DNA of 64,000 nucleotides from Candidatus Oxydemutator sp. (GCA_965203445.1 OZ241883.1:64001-128000), one strand, 5' to 3'; positions 29,035 through 40,007 are shown, numbered from the stretch's first letter. Program-made: numbers and translations. Notes: generated by a model from the letters alone, not told the origin.

Positions 29035-29445
29035 TTACAGCCGTCCGGTGGCATGGGCGCCGACGACCGCGGCCCCCGTTGCGAGCGCGCTGGCCCCGGC
29101 CCCGACCGCGGTAAGGGCGCCGCCGATCGCGAACAGTATCGTGACGATAATCTCGCCGCCGGAAATGGCCCGCAACTGTTCGTCGGTCAAATCGGAAAAG
29201 GATCTGTCGAAGCTATCGTAACAAGGCAACGCGACGTGCACGGTGTCCGCGGTATTCTGCACCAGGCGCACGTTCATCCCGTCCGCCAGCAAAACGCCTC
29301 TGTCGGCGAACGTCTTTCTGACGTCCTTTTGCAACTCCGCACGGAAGTTTTCGTCGCGACGGCAAGTATCGGCGAGCAGCGCCGCGGCCACCTCGTTCAT
29401 CGCCGGAATTCGAGTTGTTGTTGATTCGGGTTGTTGATTTGGCAT
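29035..29445 (-). CDS. NHLP (nitrile hydratase-like leader) RiPP precursor, proteusin-like
   Basis: D..FRAEL.KD.R..F...G..L..G.NVR.VQNT.DTVH.ALP leader, LTDEQLRAISGG double-Gly site, then a 39-aa hydrophobic core; GAGGT RBS before ATG 29445. Confidence 0.82.
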   Translation of the reverse strand: MPNQQPESTTTRIPAMNEVAAALLADTCRRDENFRAELQKDVRKTFADRGVLLADGMNVRLVQNTADTVHVALPCYDSFDRSFSDLTDEQLRAISGGEIIVTILFAIGGALTAVGAGASALATGAAVVGAHATGRL

Positions 29446-29675
29446 TGTCAGCACCTCATTATTTTGCGTAGATTGGTTTCTTTATGATAAACCGGATGCA
29501 GACAAAAAACCGAAAACCGCCGCCACAATAAAGTTCGGCAACACTTGGCAGTCCCCGAGAACGCGGCGGGCGCCGGCCCCTCGCGCTCCCGCGCCGCACC
29601 CATGGTTTGCGCATAGCCTGCACATTTGTAATAGGGGGAAGGGACTGGAAAACCCGTCCCGTCCGCGACTCATGG

Positions 29676-29900
29676 TCAGTGGCGATCCGTGTAGGGCAAC
29701 AACGCCAAGTAGCGCGCGCGCTTGACGGCGGTGGCCAGTTGACGCTGGTAGATGGCCTTGGTGCCGGTTACGCGGCTCGGGATGATTTTGCCGGTGTCGC
29801 TGATGAAATCCTTGAGTAGCGCGACGTCCTTGTAGTCTATCTCGGTGACCCCGGCGCGCGTGAAACGGCAATACCTGCGGCCTTTGGGATAATTCGCCAT
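29676..29900 (-). CDS. rpsR: 30S ribosomal protein S18
   Basis: [39 protein letters not shown]. Confidence 0.98.
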   Translation of the reverse strand: MANYPKGRRYCRFTRAGVTEIDYKDVALLKDFISDTGKIIPSRVTGTKAIYQRQLATAVKRARYLALLPYTDRH

Positions 29901-29922
29901 CTGCTCCTATTCTCCCGCTTCG

Positions 29923-30585
29923 TCACGCCTTCGCGGAGTCGTCGCCGGTGTCGCCATCAGAGGCCGCGCCGGGGGAATCGGCGGCAGTGTCCGCGGGCGC
30001 TTGCGCGCCGGCGGCGGCCTTCGCGTCGGCGGCAGTGTCCTCGGGTGCTTGCGCACCGGTGACGGGGTTCGCGGGCGCTTGCGTACCGGCGGCGGCCTTC
30101 GCATCGGCAGCATTGTCCGCGGGTGTTTGCGCGCCGGCGGCAGCCTTCGCATCGGCGGCGGGGGTCGCGTCCGCTTGCGCACCGGCGGCGGCCTTCGCAC
30201 CGGCGGCCGCGGCGGGCGCCTTCGCCGCCGCTTTCACGCGCGCTTCGTCCTCTTCGCGCGCGCGCTCGGCGGCGCGCGCAATCGGAGAAGGCGCCGTCAC
30301 CGCGTGTTCGCGCCGGATTACGAGGTCACGAATCACGGCGTCGTTGAACTGAAACGAACGGGAAATCTCGCCGACCGCCTCGGACGTGGTCTCGACGTTC
30401 ATCAGAACGTAATGCGCCTTGTTGATCTTGTTGATCGGGTACGCAAGCTGGCGCAGGCCCCAGTCCTCGAACCGGTGCACGGCGCCGCCGCTGCCCTTTA
30501 CAATCTCGCGGTAGCGCGCGACCATCGCCCCGACCTGGGCGGTCTGGTCCGGGTGCACCAGGAACAGAATTTCGTAGTGACGCAT
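29923..30585 (-). CDS. rpsF: 30S ribosomal protein S6 with long Ala-rich repeat tail
   Basis: [42 protein letters not shown]. Confidence 0.96.
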   Translation of the reverse strand: MRHYEILFLVHPDQTAQVGAMVARYREIVKGSGGAVHRFEDWGLRQLAYPINKINKAHYVLMNVETTSEAVGEISRSFQFNDAVIRDLVIRREHAVTAPSPIARAAERAREEDEARVKAAAKAPAAAAGAKAAAGAQADATPAADAKAAAGAQTPADNAADAKAAAGTQAPANPVTGAQAPEDTAADAKAAAGAQAPADTAADSPGAASDGDTGDDSAKA

Positions 30586-30689
30586 TATTTGTGGCTTTCC
30601 GCGGGAAGCTTTTTATTATAGGAAAAAGAGCCGCAGGAGTCAAATCGCCGTCTGCTATAGTAGCGGACGAAGGACGCGGTGACGCAACT

Positions 30690-31598
30690 ATGATTACCAC
30701 GACGCTGATGGGCGGACTCGGCAACCAGATGTTTCAGTACGCGGCCGGCAAAGTACTGGCGGAGAAGCATCGGACCTCGCTGCAACTATACTCGCGGCGG
30801 GCAGCGGACTATCGCCTGCACCCTTTCGATATAAAGGGAAAAGTGGTCTCCGACTATCCGCCGACGCCGCTCATGAGGCTGTGCCCGAAAGCAATCCGCT
30901 ACGAAACGCGGCCATTCACCATGGTGCTAGGGCGCTGCCTGGGATTCTGCTCCCTGATAACACGCGACGCGAAGCGCCGAATGACGAGACAGGTGATCTT
31001 GAACGAATTGGCATCACCCACTTCTGAATCCTTCCTCGGCACAAAGAGTCACGTTTTCTTACGCGGGTGTTGGCAAAAGCACGCTTACTACGAGCCTATC
31101 GCCGACGCGCTCGCGCGCGACTTCACCGTCAAGACGAAACCGAATGCCGCCAACCGTGACGTGCTGAGGCGCATTCGCGCGTCGTCCGAAGCCGTGGCCG
31201 TGCACGTACGGCGCGGGGATTATCAGTCCAGCTCGTACCACTACCTATGTAGTCCCAATTACTATCGCGCCGCCTTTCGGCACCTCCGTGAGGTGCTGAC
31301 CGACCCCGTGTTCTTCGTATTTTCCGATGACATGCAGTGGGCCAAGCGCCACCTGTCGCCGCCGGGAGAAACGCATTACATAGACAACAACGGACCGTCG
31401 CAGAGCCATGAAGACATGCGCCTGATGCAGGCGTGCTCGCACTTTGTCATCGCCAACTCGACCTTCAGCTGGTGGCCGGCGTGGCTTGCCGACGCGCCCG
31501 ATAAGATCGTCATCGCCCCCAAGATGTGGCACACGCCCGAGGTGGATGAAAGAAGGTGCCTCGGCAAGCATTGTCCAGAAGACTGGCTGCGCCTGTAA
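30690..31598 (+). CDS. Alpha-1,2-fucosyltransferase (GT11)
   Basis: GGLGNQMFQYA, G.WQ, AVHVRRGDY, FSDD..W, IANSTFSWW.AWL, P.DW. Confidence 0.9.
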   Translation: MITTTLMGGLGNQMFQYAAGKVLAEKHRTSLQLYSRRAADYRLHPFDIKGKVVSDYPPTPLMRLCPKAIRYETRPFTMVLGRCLGFCSLITRDAKRRMTRQVILNELASPTSESFLGTKSHVFLRGCWQKHAYYEPIADALARDFTVKTKPNAANRDVLRRIRASSEAVAVHVRRGDYQSSSYHYLCSPNYYRAAFRHLREVLTDPVFFVFSDDMQWAKRHLSPPGETHYIDNNGPSQSHEDMRLMQACSHFVIANSTFSWWPAWLADAPDKIVIAPKMWHTPEVDERRCLGKHCPEDWLRL

Positions 31599-31632
31599 TA
31601 GACCCGCCAATGGGCCTGTAACGGCGCGCGTC

Positions 31633-33780
31633 TCACCCCGGGCGCACGCCGCGGCGTCGGTTCAGGCGATGGAAAAACTTCCGGCGCGCGGCCTCGCCCG
31701 GCGGTGCCAGGTCAATTTCGCGCTCGCGCGGGGCGACGCGCATCAGCGTGACCTCCAGCGCGTCGCCCAGGCGGTATTCGCCGCCGCGCTCGCCCACCAG
31801 CCGGTGGCGCGCCGCGTCGTGGTGGTAGTAGTCGTCGTCTAGCAGACGCACGTGCAACAAGCCCTCGACGTAAAGGTTCTCCAACTCGATGAACAGACCG
31901 AACGACGTGACGCCGGTGACGACGCCGGCGAACGTCTCGCCGACGCGCTTTTCCAAAAACACGCACTTGAAGTAGCTTTCGACGTCGCGGCTTGCGTCGT
32001 CGGCGCGCTTCTCGGTGAACGTGCAATGCTCGCCCTGGCGCTTGAGCGTGCGCTCGTCGTAGGAGGCCCCCGCCGGCGAACCGAGCACGTCGTGCAGCGC
32101 GCGGTGCACGAGCACATCGGGATAACGGCGGATCGGCGACGTGAAATGCGCGTAGGACTCGAGCGCCAGGCCGAAATGCCCGGTGTTGAGCGGCGCGTAC
32201 ACCGCGCGCGCCAGCGAACGCAGGACGACGCCGGTGATCACGCGCCGGCGCTCGTGCCCGCCCGCGTGCGCCAGCACGCGCGCCACGTCCGCGACTTCGC
32301 CGGCGCCCAGGTCGAGACCGAAGTCGCGCAAAAAGCAGGCGAGATCGTCGCCGGCGCCGTCCTTCAGCCCCTGGTGGACGCGGTAGAGAAAACGCCGGTC
32401 GTGGCGCTTCAGAAAAGCCGCGGCGGCGACGTTGGCGCAGATCATGAACTCCTCGATCAGGCGATGCGCGTCGCCCCGCACGAGCGGCACCACGTCCCGC
32501 AGACGCCCACGCGCATCGAGACGCACGCGCGCCTCGCAGGTCTCAAAGTCGAGCGCCGCGCGGCGCGCGCGCGCGGCGCGCAGCGCCTGGTAGATTTCGT
32601 GGGCACGGCGCAGCATCTTCCGCACCGGCGCCGTACACGACGCCGGCAGCGGCGCGGCGCGCGAGAAAAACGCGCCGACCTCGCTGTAGCGCAGGCGCGC
32701 GCGCGAACGAATCACGGCCGTGCAAAAGTCGTGCTCGAGCAATTCGCCGGCCGCCGAGACGCGCATCCGGCAGACCAGCGCGGCGCGCTCCTCGCGCGGG
32801 CGCAGCGAACACAGGTCGTCCGACAGCAGCGGCGGCAGCATCGGCACGACGCGCCCCGGGAAATACACCGAATTGCCGCGCGCCTCGGCTTCGCGGTCGA
32901 GCGCGCCACCCGGGCGAACGTAGCTCGCGACGTCGGCGATAGCGACCCACAACGTCGCCGCACCGGCGTCCTCCTCGCAGCAAATGGCGTCGTCGAAGTC
33001 CTTCGAGTCGCTGCCGTCTATCGTAACGAACGGCAACGCGCGCAAATCCCGGCGCCCGGCGCCGGCGAGCGGCGGCGGCTTGCGTTTGATGGCCTCGCTT
33101 TCCCGCAGCGCCTCGCGCGGCCATTCATCCGGCAGGTCGAAAGCCCGGATCGCCAGTTCGATCTCGAGAGCGCCGTGGTCTTGCCGCTCGAGTACCCGCA
33201 CCAACGTGCCCGTAAGCCGCGCCGACGTCGGCGACGGCGGTTGCAGGCGCACGACGACCGCGGCGCCGTCGGCGGGCGCAAGCCCGTCATCGTTCACCGG
33301 AACGCTGCCCAGGCCGCGCTCGCGCAACGGCACGACGCAGCGACCGCGCCGCGAAAACAGGCCGACCAGTTCGTGGCGGCGTTCGAGCACCTCGACCGCC
33401 ACCGGCTTCGCCTCGCGCGGGCCGGCGTCCGCGATCACGCGCAGACGAACGCGGTCGTCGGCGAACAAGCGGCGCGCCAGTTTAGCCGGAAGCGCCACGC
33501 GCGCGCCGCCGTCGTCGCGGCGCAGCGCCAAGCCACCGTCGTCGCGCTCGACGCGGCCGACGACGAACACGGGCTTGCGCCGCGTCGCGTACGCGCCGCC
33601 GGCGTCGCAGCGGATCTCGCCGTCGCGCTCCATCGCCGCGAGGCGCCTTGAAAAAGCGGTTTTTTCGTCGTCGCCGTCCAGATCGAAATGGACGAGCAGT
33701 CTGGGCAGGCGCAGCGGCTTCGCGCTCGCGTCTATCGTCTCGTAGATGGATTGCCTTTCCGGGATAACGGTCTTGGCCAA
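31633..33780 (-). CDS. rnr: Ribonuclease R
   Basis: VTIDG.DSKDFDDA, VAIADV, LIEEFMI.AN, HFTSPIRRYPD, S1 domain FGLFIEL. Confidence 0.93.
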   Translation of the reverse strand: MAKTVIPERQSIYETIDASAKPLRLPRLLVHFDLDGDDEKTAFSRRLAAMERDGEIRCDAGGAYATRRKPVFVVGRVERDDGGLALRRDDGGARVALPAKLARRLFADDRVRLRVIADAGPREAKPVAVEVLERRHELVGLFSRRGRCVVPLRERGLGSVPVNDDGLAPADGAAVVVRLQPPSPTSARLTGTLVRVLERQDHGALEIELAIRAFDLPDEWPREALRESEAIKRKPPPLAGAGRRDLRALPFVTIDGSDSKDFDDAICCEEDAGAATLWVAIADVASYVRPGGALDREAEARGNSVYFPGRVVPMLPPLLSDDLCSLRPREERAALVCRMRVSAAGELLEHDFCTAVIRSRARLRYSEVGAFFSRAAPLPASCTAPVRKMLRRAHEIYQALRAARARRAALDFETCEARVRLDARGRLRDVVPLVRGDAHRLIEEFMICANVAAAAFLKRHDRRFLYRVHQGLKDGAGDDLACFLRDFGLDLGAGEVADVARVLAHAGGHERRRVITGVVLRSLARAVYAPLNTGHFGLALESYAHFTSPIRRYPDVLVHRALHDVLGSPAGASYDERTLKRQGEHCTFTEKRADDASRDVESYFKCVFLEKRVGETFAGVVTGVTSFGLFIELENLYVEGLLHVRLLDDDYYHHDAARHRLVGERGGEYRLGDALEVTLMRVAPREREIDLAPPGEAARRKFFHRLNRRRGVRPG

Positions 33781-33834
33781 CGGTGTGCTCCGGGAACGGC
33801 GCCGCGGCGAGGGAGAAATACGCGCCGACTCCTG

Positions 33835-33847
33835 TATAATCGCGCCA
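33835..33847 (+). promoter_or_regulatory. Putative -10 box with GC-rich discriminator for tRNA-Leu
   Basis: TATAAT at 33835-33840 followed by cgcgcc, 18 nt before the tRNA. Confidence 0.55.
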
Positions 33848-33858
33848 TTCTAACACAT

Positions 33859-33942
<84 letters not shown>

Positions 33943-33949
33943 CACGGAT

Positions 33950-34813
33950 TCATCCGTCGCGCTCGAGCATCCGCAGGACTTGCTTATACAGGCGGTTGCG
34001 CGCCAAGCCGCTCAATTCGGAGACGACGCCGGCGGCGACGCCGGGCGGCAGATGCCGCGCCAGGCGCTGCAACAAGTCTTGCGCGGACACCGTAATTTCC
34101 TCCGCGGGCGCGGCGTTCGCGCCCGCGACCAACAACACGAACTCGCCCTTGCCCCGGGCCGCGTCGGCCGCGAGCCACCGGCGCACGCCGGCGGGCGTGC
34201 CGCGCACCACGGCCTCGTGCACCTTGGTCATCTCCTTCGCCAGGCACACCTCGCGCTCCTCGCCGAACACGCCGCCCAGGTCCTCGAGCAACGCCGCGAT
34301 CCGGTGCGGCGCCTCGAAAAAGACCATCGTGCGGCGTTCGCGCGCGAACTCGCGCAGGCGCGCGACGCGCGCCCGCGGCGTCGCCGGCAGAAAGCCCTCG
34401 AACACGAAACGATCGGCGTCGAAACCGGCGCACGACAGCGCCGCCGCCGCGGCGCTGGCACCGGGCAACGGCGCGACGCGCACGCCGCGCGCGTGGGCCG
34501 CGGCCACTAGGCGGCGCCCGGCGTCGCGCACCAACGGCGTGCCGGCGTCGCTCAGCAACGCGGCGTCCTCGCCGCGCGCAAGGCGCGCGATCAGCGCCGC
34601 ACATTTGCGCGCCTCGTTGTGGCGGTGCAGGCTTTCGGTGTGCGCGCCTATGCGGTAGCGCGCGAGCAACACCGCGCTGGTGCGCGTGTCCTCGCACAGG
34701 ATCCAATCCACGCCACGCAAGATCTCGACCGCCCTGAACGTGAAGTCGCCAAGGTTGCCTATCGGCGTCGCCGCGACGTACAAAGTGCCGCGACCATCGG
34801 TGTGTTTCGCCAT
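33950..34813 (-). CDS. rsmI: 16S rRNA (cytidine1402-2'-O)-methyltransferase
   Basis: LYVAATPIGNLGD, CEDTR, SDAGTP, FEGFLP, FEAPHR, KEMTK.HE, KGEFV. Confidence 0.96.
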   Translation of the reverse strand: MAKHTDGRGTLYVAATPIGNLGDFTFRAVEILRGVDWILCEDTRTSAVLLARYRIGAHTESLHRHNEARKCAALIARLARGEDAALLSDAGTPLVRDAGRRLVAAAHARGVRVAPLPGASAAAAALSCAGFDADRFVFEGFLPATPRARVARLREFARERRTMVFFEAPHRIAALLEDLGGVFGEEREVCLAKEMTKVHEAVVRGTPAGVRRWLAADAARGKGEFVLLVAGANAAPAEEITVSAQDLLQRLARHLPPGVAAGVVSELSGLARNRLYKQVLRMLERDG

Positions 34814-34849
34814 CTGTAGTAGAATGAATCGTGCCAGCCAGATCTTTCA

Positions 34850-36730
34850 ATGCCAGAAGTAACACGCCCCGCCCGGCAAGGCAACCGCCGCCTCGGTGCA
34901 CGCCTGGGCGCGCGCTGCCTTGCCGCGCTGCTGTGCGCGAACACCGCCGGCTGCGGCGGAGTGCTGCAACTCGACTTCGTGCAGGACATGTGGACGCAAA
35001 AAGCGTACCGCGAGGCGACGCAGCTCACCGAGCAAGGGCGCTACGCGCAAGCCGCGGAAATTCTGTGGAACACCGCGCAGGACCTGCCGCCGCCACACCG
35101 TGAAAAAATGCAGGTCGAAAGCGCACGCGCGCTGCTCGACGGGCAATACCTGCTGCACGCGCGCCAAAGCCTCGCGTTGATCGACGAAAGCGCTCTGGAC
35201 GCGCCCGGCCTGCTCGACAAGCGCGTGCTCGAGGCAGTGTTCTACCGCGAGGCCGAGCAGCCCGCCAGGATCCTGGAACTGCTGCCCGACGCGATCGTCA
35301 CGCGCGGTGCGGCGCCGGTGCGCGCCGCCGCACTCGAACTGCTGGCGGCGGCGCTGTTCGACCGCGGGCGCTATTTCGACAGCGTCACCGCGCGCCTGCG
35401 GCGCCGCGAGTTGTTGGACGCGGACGCCGCGCGCGAGAACACGATGGCATTGTGGAAGGCGCTCACCGCCGCCGACCCCGCCGACATGGCCGCAAGGCTC
35501 GCGACGCTGAACGACGACGGCGGCGGCGACCTCCGGCTGCGCGCGTGGCTCGAACTGGCGGCGCTGGCAACGCCGCGGGAAATAGACCGCACCCGGCTGG
35601 AGCAGGCGTACGCCGGCTGGCGCGCGAAAAACAATTTCCTGTCGGTACCGGAGGCGGTCACCCGGCAGCTGCACGCGCGCTGGGACTATCTCGACTTCCG
35701 CCCGCGCAAGGTCGCGCTGCTGCTACCGCTGACCGGACGCTACGGACGCCACGGCAAGGCCATCCGCGGCGGGTTCCTGCGGGCGCACGCCGCGGCTTTC
35801 ACCGATCTCGAGGTGCGCTTTCACAACACCGACCAGGAGCGAAGCGTCACCGAACTGTACCGGCGGGCGGTGGCGCGTGGCGCCGAAGCCGTCATCGGGC
35901 CGCTGCTCAAGCACGAGGTCGAAGAGCTGCTCGAGGCAGGCGCGGCCGAAGCGCCGACGATCACGCTGAACTACCACAACGACGGCGGTTTCCGAGCGCG
36001 CGGAGAGTTGTTCCAGTTCGGACTGCTGCCCGAGGACGAGGCGGTGCAGGTCGCGGAGAAAATGCACGCCAGGGGTCTCGACCACGCCATCGCGCTGACG
36101 CCCGACGACGCGTGGGGACGGCGGCTCTACCGGCGCTTCGAGGAACGCTACACCGAACTCGGCGGCCAGGTGCAAGAAATCCGCCGCTACGACGTTCACT
36201 TCGAGGACTACGCGACGATCGTGCAGTCGCTGCTGCGACTCGACGACAGCAAAAAACGCCATCGCGCGCTCGAACGGATAGTCGGCGAGGAGTTGCGCTT
36301 CACGCCGCGCATACGCGGCGACGTCAACGCCGCGGTGTTGTTCGCGCCCCCGGAAAAAGCGGCGCTGATCTACCCGCTGCTCAAGTATTACTACGCCGAG
36401 GAACTGCCGGTCTATGCGACGTCGCACGTCTATCAACCGGGCCGCGAGAAGATCCTGCGCGAACTCGACGGCCTGATCTACTGCGACGTGCCGTTGATGA
36501 TAGACGATGCCCCCGAGAACGCGCGCCCGGACGAATATCCGAGGCTGTTCGCACTCGGCGCCGACGCCTATGGCCTGATGGGCGCGATCCGCCGCATGGC
36601 GGTGAGCAACGTGCGCATGCCCGGCGCCACCGGCGTCCTCTCGGTCGGCGCCAACCGCCGCCTGTTTCGGCGGCTGTCGTGGGCGAGGTTTGCCAGAGGC
36701 AAGCCGGTGCCCCTGGGAGAAAGCTGGTGA
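34850..36730 (+). CDS. lpoA: Penicillin-binding protein activator LpoA (LppC family)
   Basis: Lipoprotein-like N-terminus, KVALLLPLTG, VIGPLLK, FGL.PEDEA, RLFALG.DAY; divergent from rsmI. Confidence 0.85.
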   Translation: MPEVTRPARQGNRRLGARLGARCLAALLCANTAGCGGVLQLDFVQDMWTQKAYREATQLTEQGRYAQAAEILWNTAQDLPPPHREKMQVESARALLDGQYLLHARQSLALIDESALDAPGLLDKRVLEAVFYREAEQPARILELLPDAIVTRGAAPVRAAALELLAAALFDRGRYFDSVTARLRRRELLDADAARENTMALWKALTAADPADMAARLATLNDDGGGDLRLRAWLELAALATPREIDRTRLEQAYAGWRAKNNFLSVPEAVTRQLHARWDYLDFRPRKVALLLPLTGRYGRHGKAIRGGFLRAHAAAFTDLEVRFHNTDQERSVTELYRRAVARGAEAVIGPLLKHEVEELLEAGAAEAPTITLNYHNDGGFRARGELFQFGLLPEDEAVQVAEKMHARGLDHAIALTPDDAWGRRLYRRFEERYTELGGQVQEIRRYDVHFEDYATIVQSLLRLDDSKKRHRALERIVGEELRFTPRIRGDVNAAVLFAPPEKAALIYPLLKYYYAEELPVYATSHVYQPGREKILRELDGLIYCDVPLMIDDAPENARPDEYPRLFALGADAYGLMGAIRRMAVSNVRMPGATGVLSVGANRRLFRRLSWARFARGKPVPLGESW

Positions 36731-37074
36731 CGGACGGGCACGCCGTCGGGCGCGCCGCGGAAGACGCCGCGCTGGCGCGCCTGCGGCAGAGCGGCCTCAG
36801 GCTGCTCGAGCGCAACTACCGGGCGCGACGCGGCGAGATAGACTTGGTGATGCGCGACGGCGACACCCTGGTATTCGTCGAGGTGCGCTACCGCAGAAGC
36901 ACCAGTCACGGCGCCGCCGCCGAGACCGTGGACCGCCGCAAGCGCGCAAGGCTGATCGCCGCGGCGCAATCCTATCTGCAACAAAACCGCCGGAACGACG
37001 CCTGTCGTTTCGACGTCGTCGCACTACAGGACGGACGCCTAGACTGGATGCGCGACGCCTTCCGCTGCGACTGA
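36727..37074 (+). CDS. yraN: YraN family (UPF0102) endonuclease-like protein
   Basis: G..AE..A...L...GL.LL.RNYR.RRGEIDLVM, LVFVEVRYR, CRFDVV. Confidence 0.92.
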   Translation: MTDGHAVGRAAEDAALARLRQSGLRLLERNYRARRGEIDLVMRDGDTLVFVEVRYRRSTSHGAAAETVDRRKRARLIAAAQSYLQQNRRNDACRFDVVALQDGRLDWMRDAFRCD

Positions 37075-37120
37075 AACGGGCCGCGCGCCGACCAGGGAGC
37101 GGCCTGCACTCCCGGTATAA

Positions 37121-37765
<645 letters not shown>

Positions 37766-37769
37766 CACC

Positions 37770-39140
37770 TTGGCGCTGAACGCGCGCTTCCTGGGCCTGC
37801 TGCAAGCCGCCTGTCCCGGGCGCGTGGTGACCGAGGAGGCCGCGTGCTGGACCTACGGTTACGACAACAGCCGCCGCCACGCGCGGCCCGAGGCCGTGGT
37901 GTTTCCGGCGAACCACGACGAGACGCTGGCGCTGGTGCGCGCCTGCCGCGAGCACCGCGTCGCGCTGACGCCGCGCGGGCGCGGCACCAACACGACCGGC
38001 GCGTGCGTGCCGGTGCACGGCGGCGTCGTCGTCTCGTTCGAGCGCATGAACCGCATACTCGCCCTCAGTGCCGCCGACCGTTCGCTGCGCGTGCAACCGG
38101 GAGCCACCAACCAGGAGGTGCAGGATCGCTGCGCCGGCGCCGGCCTGTTCTGGCCGCCGGACCCGGGCAGCGCCGCGTATTGCTCGATCGGCGGCAACCT
38201 CGCGTGCAACGCCGCCGGCCCGCGCGCGCTCAAGTACGGCACCGCGCGCGACAACGTGCTGCAACTGAAGGCGGTGACCGGCGCCGGCGAGACCCTGGTA
38301 ACCGGCGCCCGCACCACGAAGAGCGTCGTCGGCCTCGATCTGACGCGGCTGCTGATCGGTTCCGAGGGCACGCTCGCGCTGATCACCGAGGCGCTGTTGA
38401 AGTTGACGCCGCGCGCGCCGCACAAACGCACGCTGCGCGCCGTCTATGCGGGCGCCGAGGCGGCCGGCGCCGCGGTGTGCTCGATCACGTCGCAACCGGA
38501 GACGCCGTGCGCGCTCGAACTGATGGACGACGTGTGCCTGCGCCTGCTGCGCGAGCACGGCGGCGCCGACGTGCGCGACGACGCGCGCGCGATGTTGATC
38601 ATCGAGGCCGACGGCGGCAAGGCGGCCGTCGCCGAGGCCGCGGCGGCGCTGCGCGAGGCGGCGCGCAATCCGGGGCTGCTCGCGCTCGACGAGGCCGCGC
38701 CCGACGACGGCGAGCGCCTGTGGCGCGCGCGCCGGGAGCTGTCGCCGGTGCTCAGAAACTTCAAGCCGTGCAAGATCAACGAGGACGTCGTCGTGCCGGT
38801 GTCGCGCGTCGCCGATCTGCTGCGGCGGCTCGGCAACGTCGGCGAGCGCCATGACGTCGCCGTCGCCGCCTTCGGTCACGCCGGCAACGGCAACCTGCAC
38901 GTCAATGTACTGTACGAACCATCCGAGGAACGGGCGGCACGGAGCGCGCTTGCCGAAATTTTCGCGGCCGTCCTGGAACTGGAAGGCTCGATCTCGGGCG
39001 AGCACGGCGTCGGCTTGAGCAAACGCGACTTCGTGGCGCTCGAACTCGAGGCGCCGACGCGCGCGGTTATGCGGCGCGTTACGCGCGCGCTCGACCCCGA
39101 CGACGTGCTGAACAGCGGCAAGGGATTGCCGCGGGAGTAG
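37770..39140 (+). CDS. FAD-linked oxidase (GlcD/D-lactate dehydrogenase family)
   Basis: RGRGTNTTG, PPDPGS, GGNLACNAAGP..LKYG, GSEGTL, FGHAGNGNLH, SGEHGVG. Confidence 0.9.
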   Translation: MALNARFLGLLQAACPGRVVTEEAACWTYGYDNSRRHARPEAVVFPANHDETLALVRACREHRVALTPRGRGTNTTGACVPVHGGVVVSFERMNRILALSAADRSLRVQPGATNQEVQDRCAGAGLFWPPDPGSAAYCSIGGNLACNAAGPRALKYGTARDNVLQLKAVTGAGETLVTGARTTKSVVGLDLTRLLIGSEGTLALITEALLKLTPRAPHKRTLRAVYAGAEAAGAAVCSITSQPETPCALELMDDVCLRLLREHGGADVRDDARAMLIIEADGGKAAVAEAAAALREAARNPGLLALDEAAPDDGERLWRARRELSPVLRNFKPCKINEDVVVPVSRVADLLRRLGNVGERHDVAVAAFGHAGNGNLHVNVLYEPSEERAARSALAEIFAAVLELEGSISGEHGVGLSKRDFVALELEAPTRAVMRRVTRALDPDDVLNSGKGLPRE

Positions 39141-39161
39141 CACCGGGAAGGGGAGGCGCGG

Positions 39162-40007
39162 CTACCCTCGCCGCACCTCGAACGCCCGGTGTTCGAGGCA
39201 CGGAAAACTGCACCGCAGCCGGCGCTGCTCGGCGCGGTCTATGATCGCCGACACGACGCCGTCGCCGCCGGCGGCGGCGGCGCGGATCACGCCCCAGAAA
39301 TCAACGACGCAACTGTGGCCGTAGCATGATCTGCCGTTGGCGTGCGTGCCGCTCTGATTGGCGGCGATGACCCAGGCCTGGTTTTCGATGGCGCGCGCGC
39401 GCAGCAGCGGCTGCCAATGCGCCGCGCCGGTCGCCGCCGTGAACGCCGACGGCAACGCGATGATCTCGGCGCCGCCCGCGACCAGCAGCCGGAACAATTC
39501 GGGAAAGCGCAGGTCGTAGCAGACGGTCAGCGCGACGCGCCCGAACGGCGTATCGGCGAGCACCGGCTCGGTGCCCGGCTTGTAGGCGGCGGACTCGCGG
39601 TAGCGCTGGTTCTGTTCCGGCAAGTCCACGTCGAACAAATGAATCTTGCGATAGGCGGCGACGGTCTTGCCGTTCGCGGCTATCAACGGCGACACCGCGT
39701 AGGCGCGTTCGTCGTCCGGCGACTCCACCGGCACGGTGCCGCCGATCAGCCACACGCCGCGGCGCACCGCCTGCTCCGCCAGAAAATCCTGGATCGGCCC
39801 GCGGCCCTCCGGCTCGCGCAGCGCGAGCTGATCGCGCTGCTCGCGCCCGATGAAAGCGAAGGTCTCCGGCAGCACGATCAACAACGCGCCGTCGCCGGCG
39901 GCGTCGGCAATGGCCGCGGCCGCGTGGCGCAGGTTCCTGGCGACGTCGTCCGTCGAGTTCATCTGAATCGCGGCGCAACGGAAGCGCTCCATAGCGTCGT
40001 CGTTCAT
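39162..40007 (-). CDS. Carbon-nitrogen hydrolase (Nit1-like deaminated glutathione amidase)
   Basis: LPE, YRKIHLFDV, CYDLRFPE, AFT..TG.AHW..LLRARAIE.Q. Confidence 0.9.
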   Translation of the reverse strand: MNDDAMERFRCAAIQMNSTDDVARNLRHAAAAIADAAGDGALLIVLPETFAFIGREQRDQLALREPEGRGPIQDFLAEQAVRRGVWLIGGTVPVESPDDERAYAVSPLIAANGKTVAAYRKIHLFDVDLPEQNQRYRESAAYKPGTEPVLADTPFGRVALTVCYDLRFPELFRLLVAGGAEIIALPSAFTAATGAAHWQPLLRARAIENQAWVIAANQSGTHANGRSCYGHSCVVDFWGVIRAAAAGGDGVVSAIIDRAEQRRLRCSFPCLEHRAFEVRRG

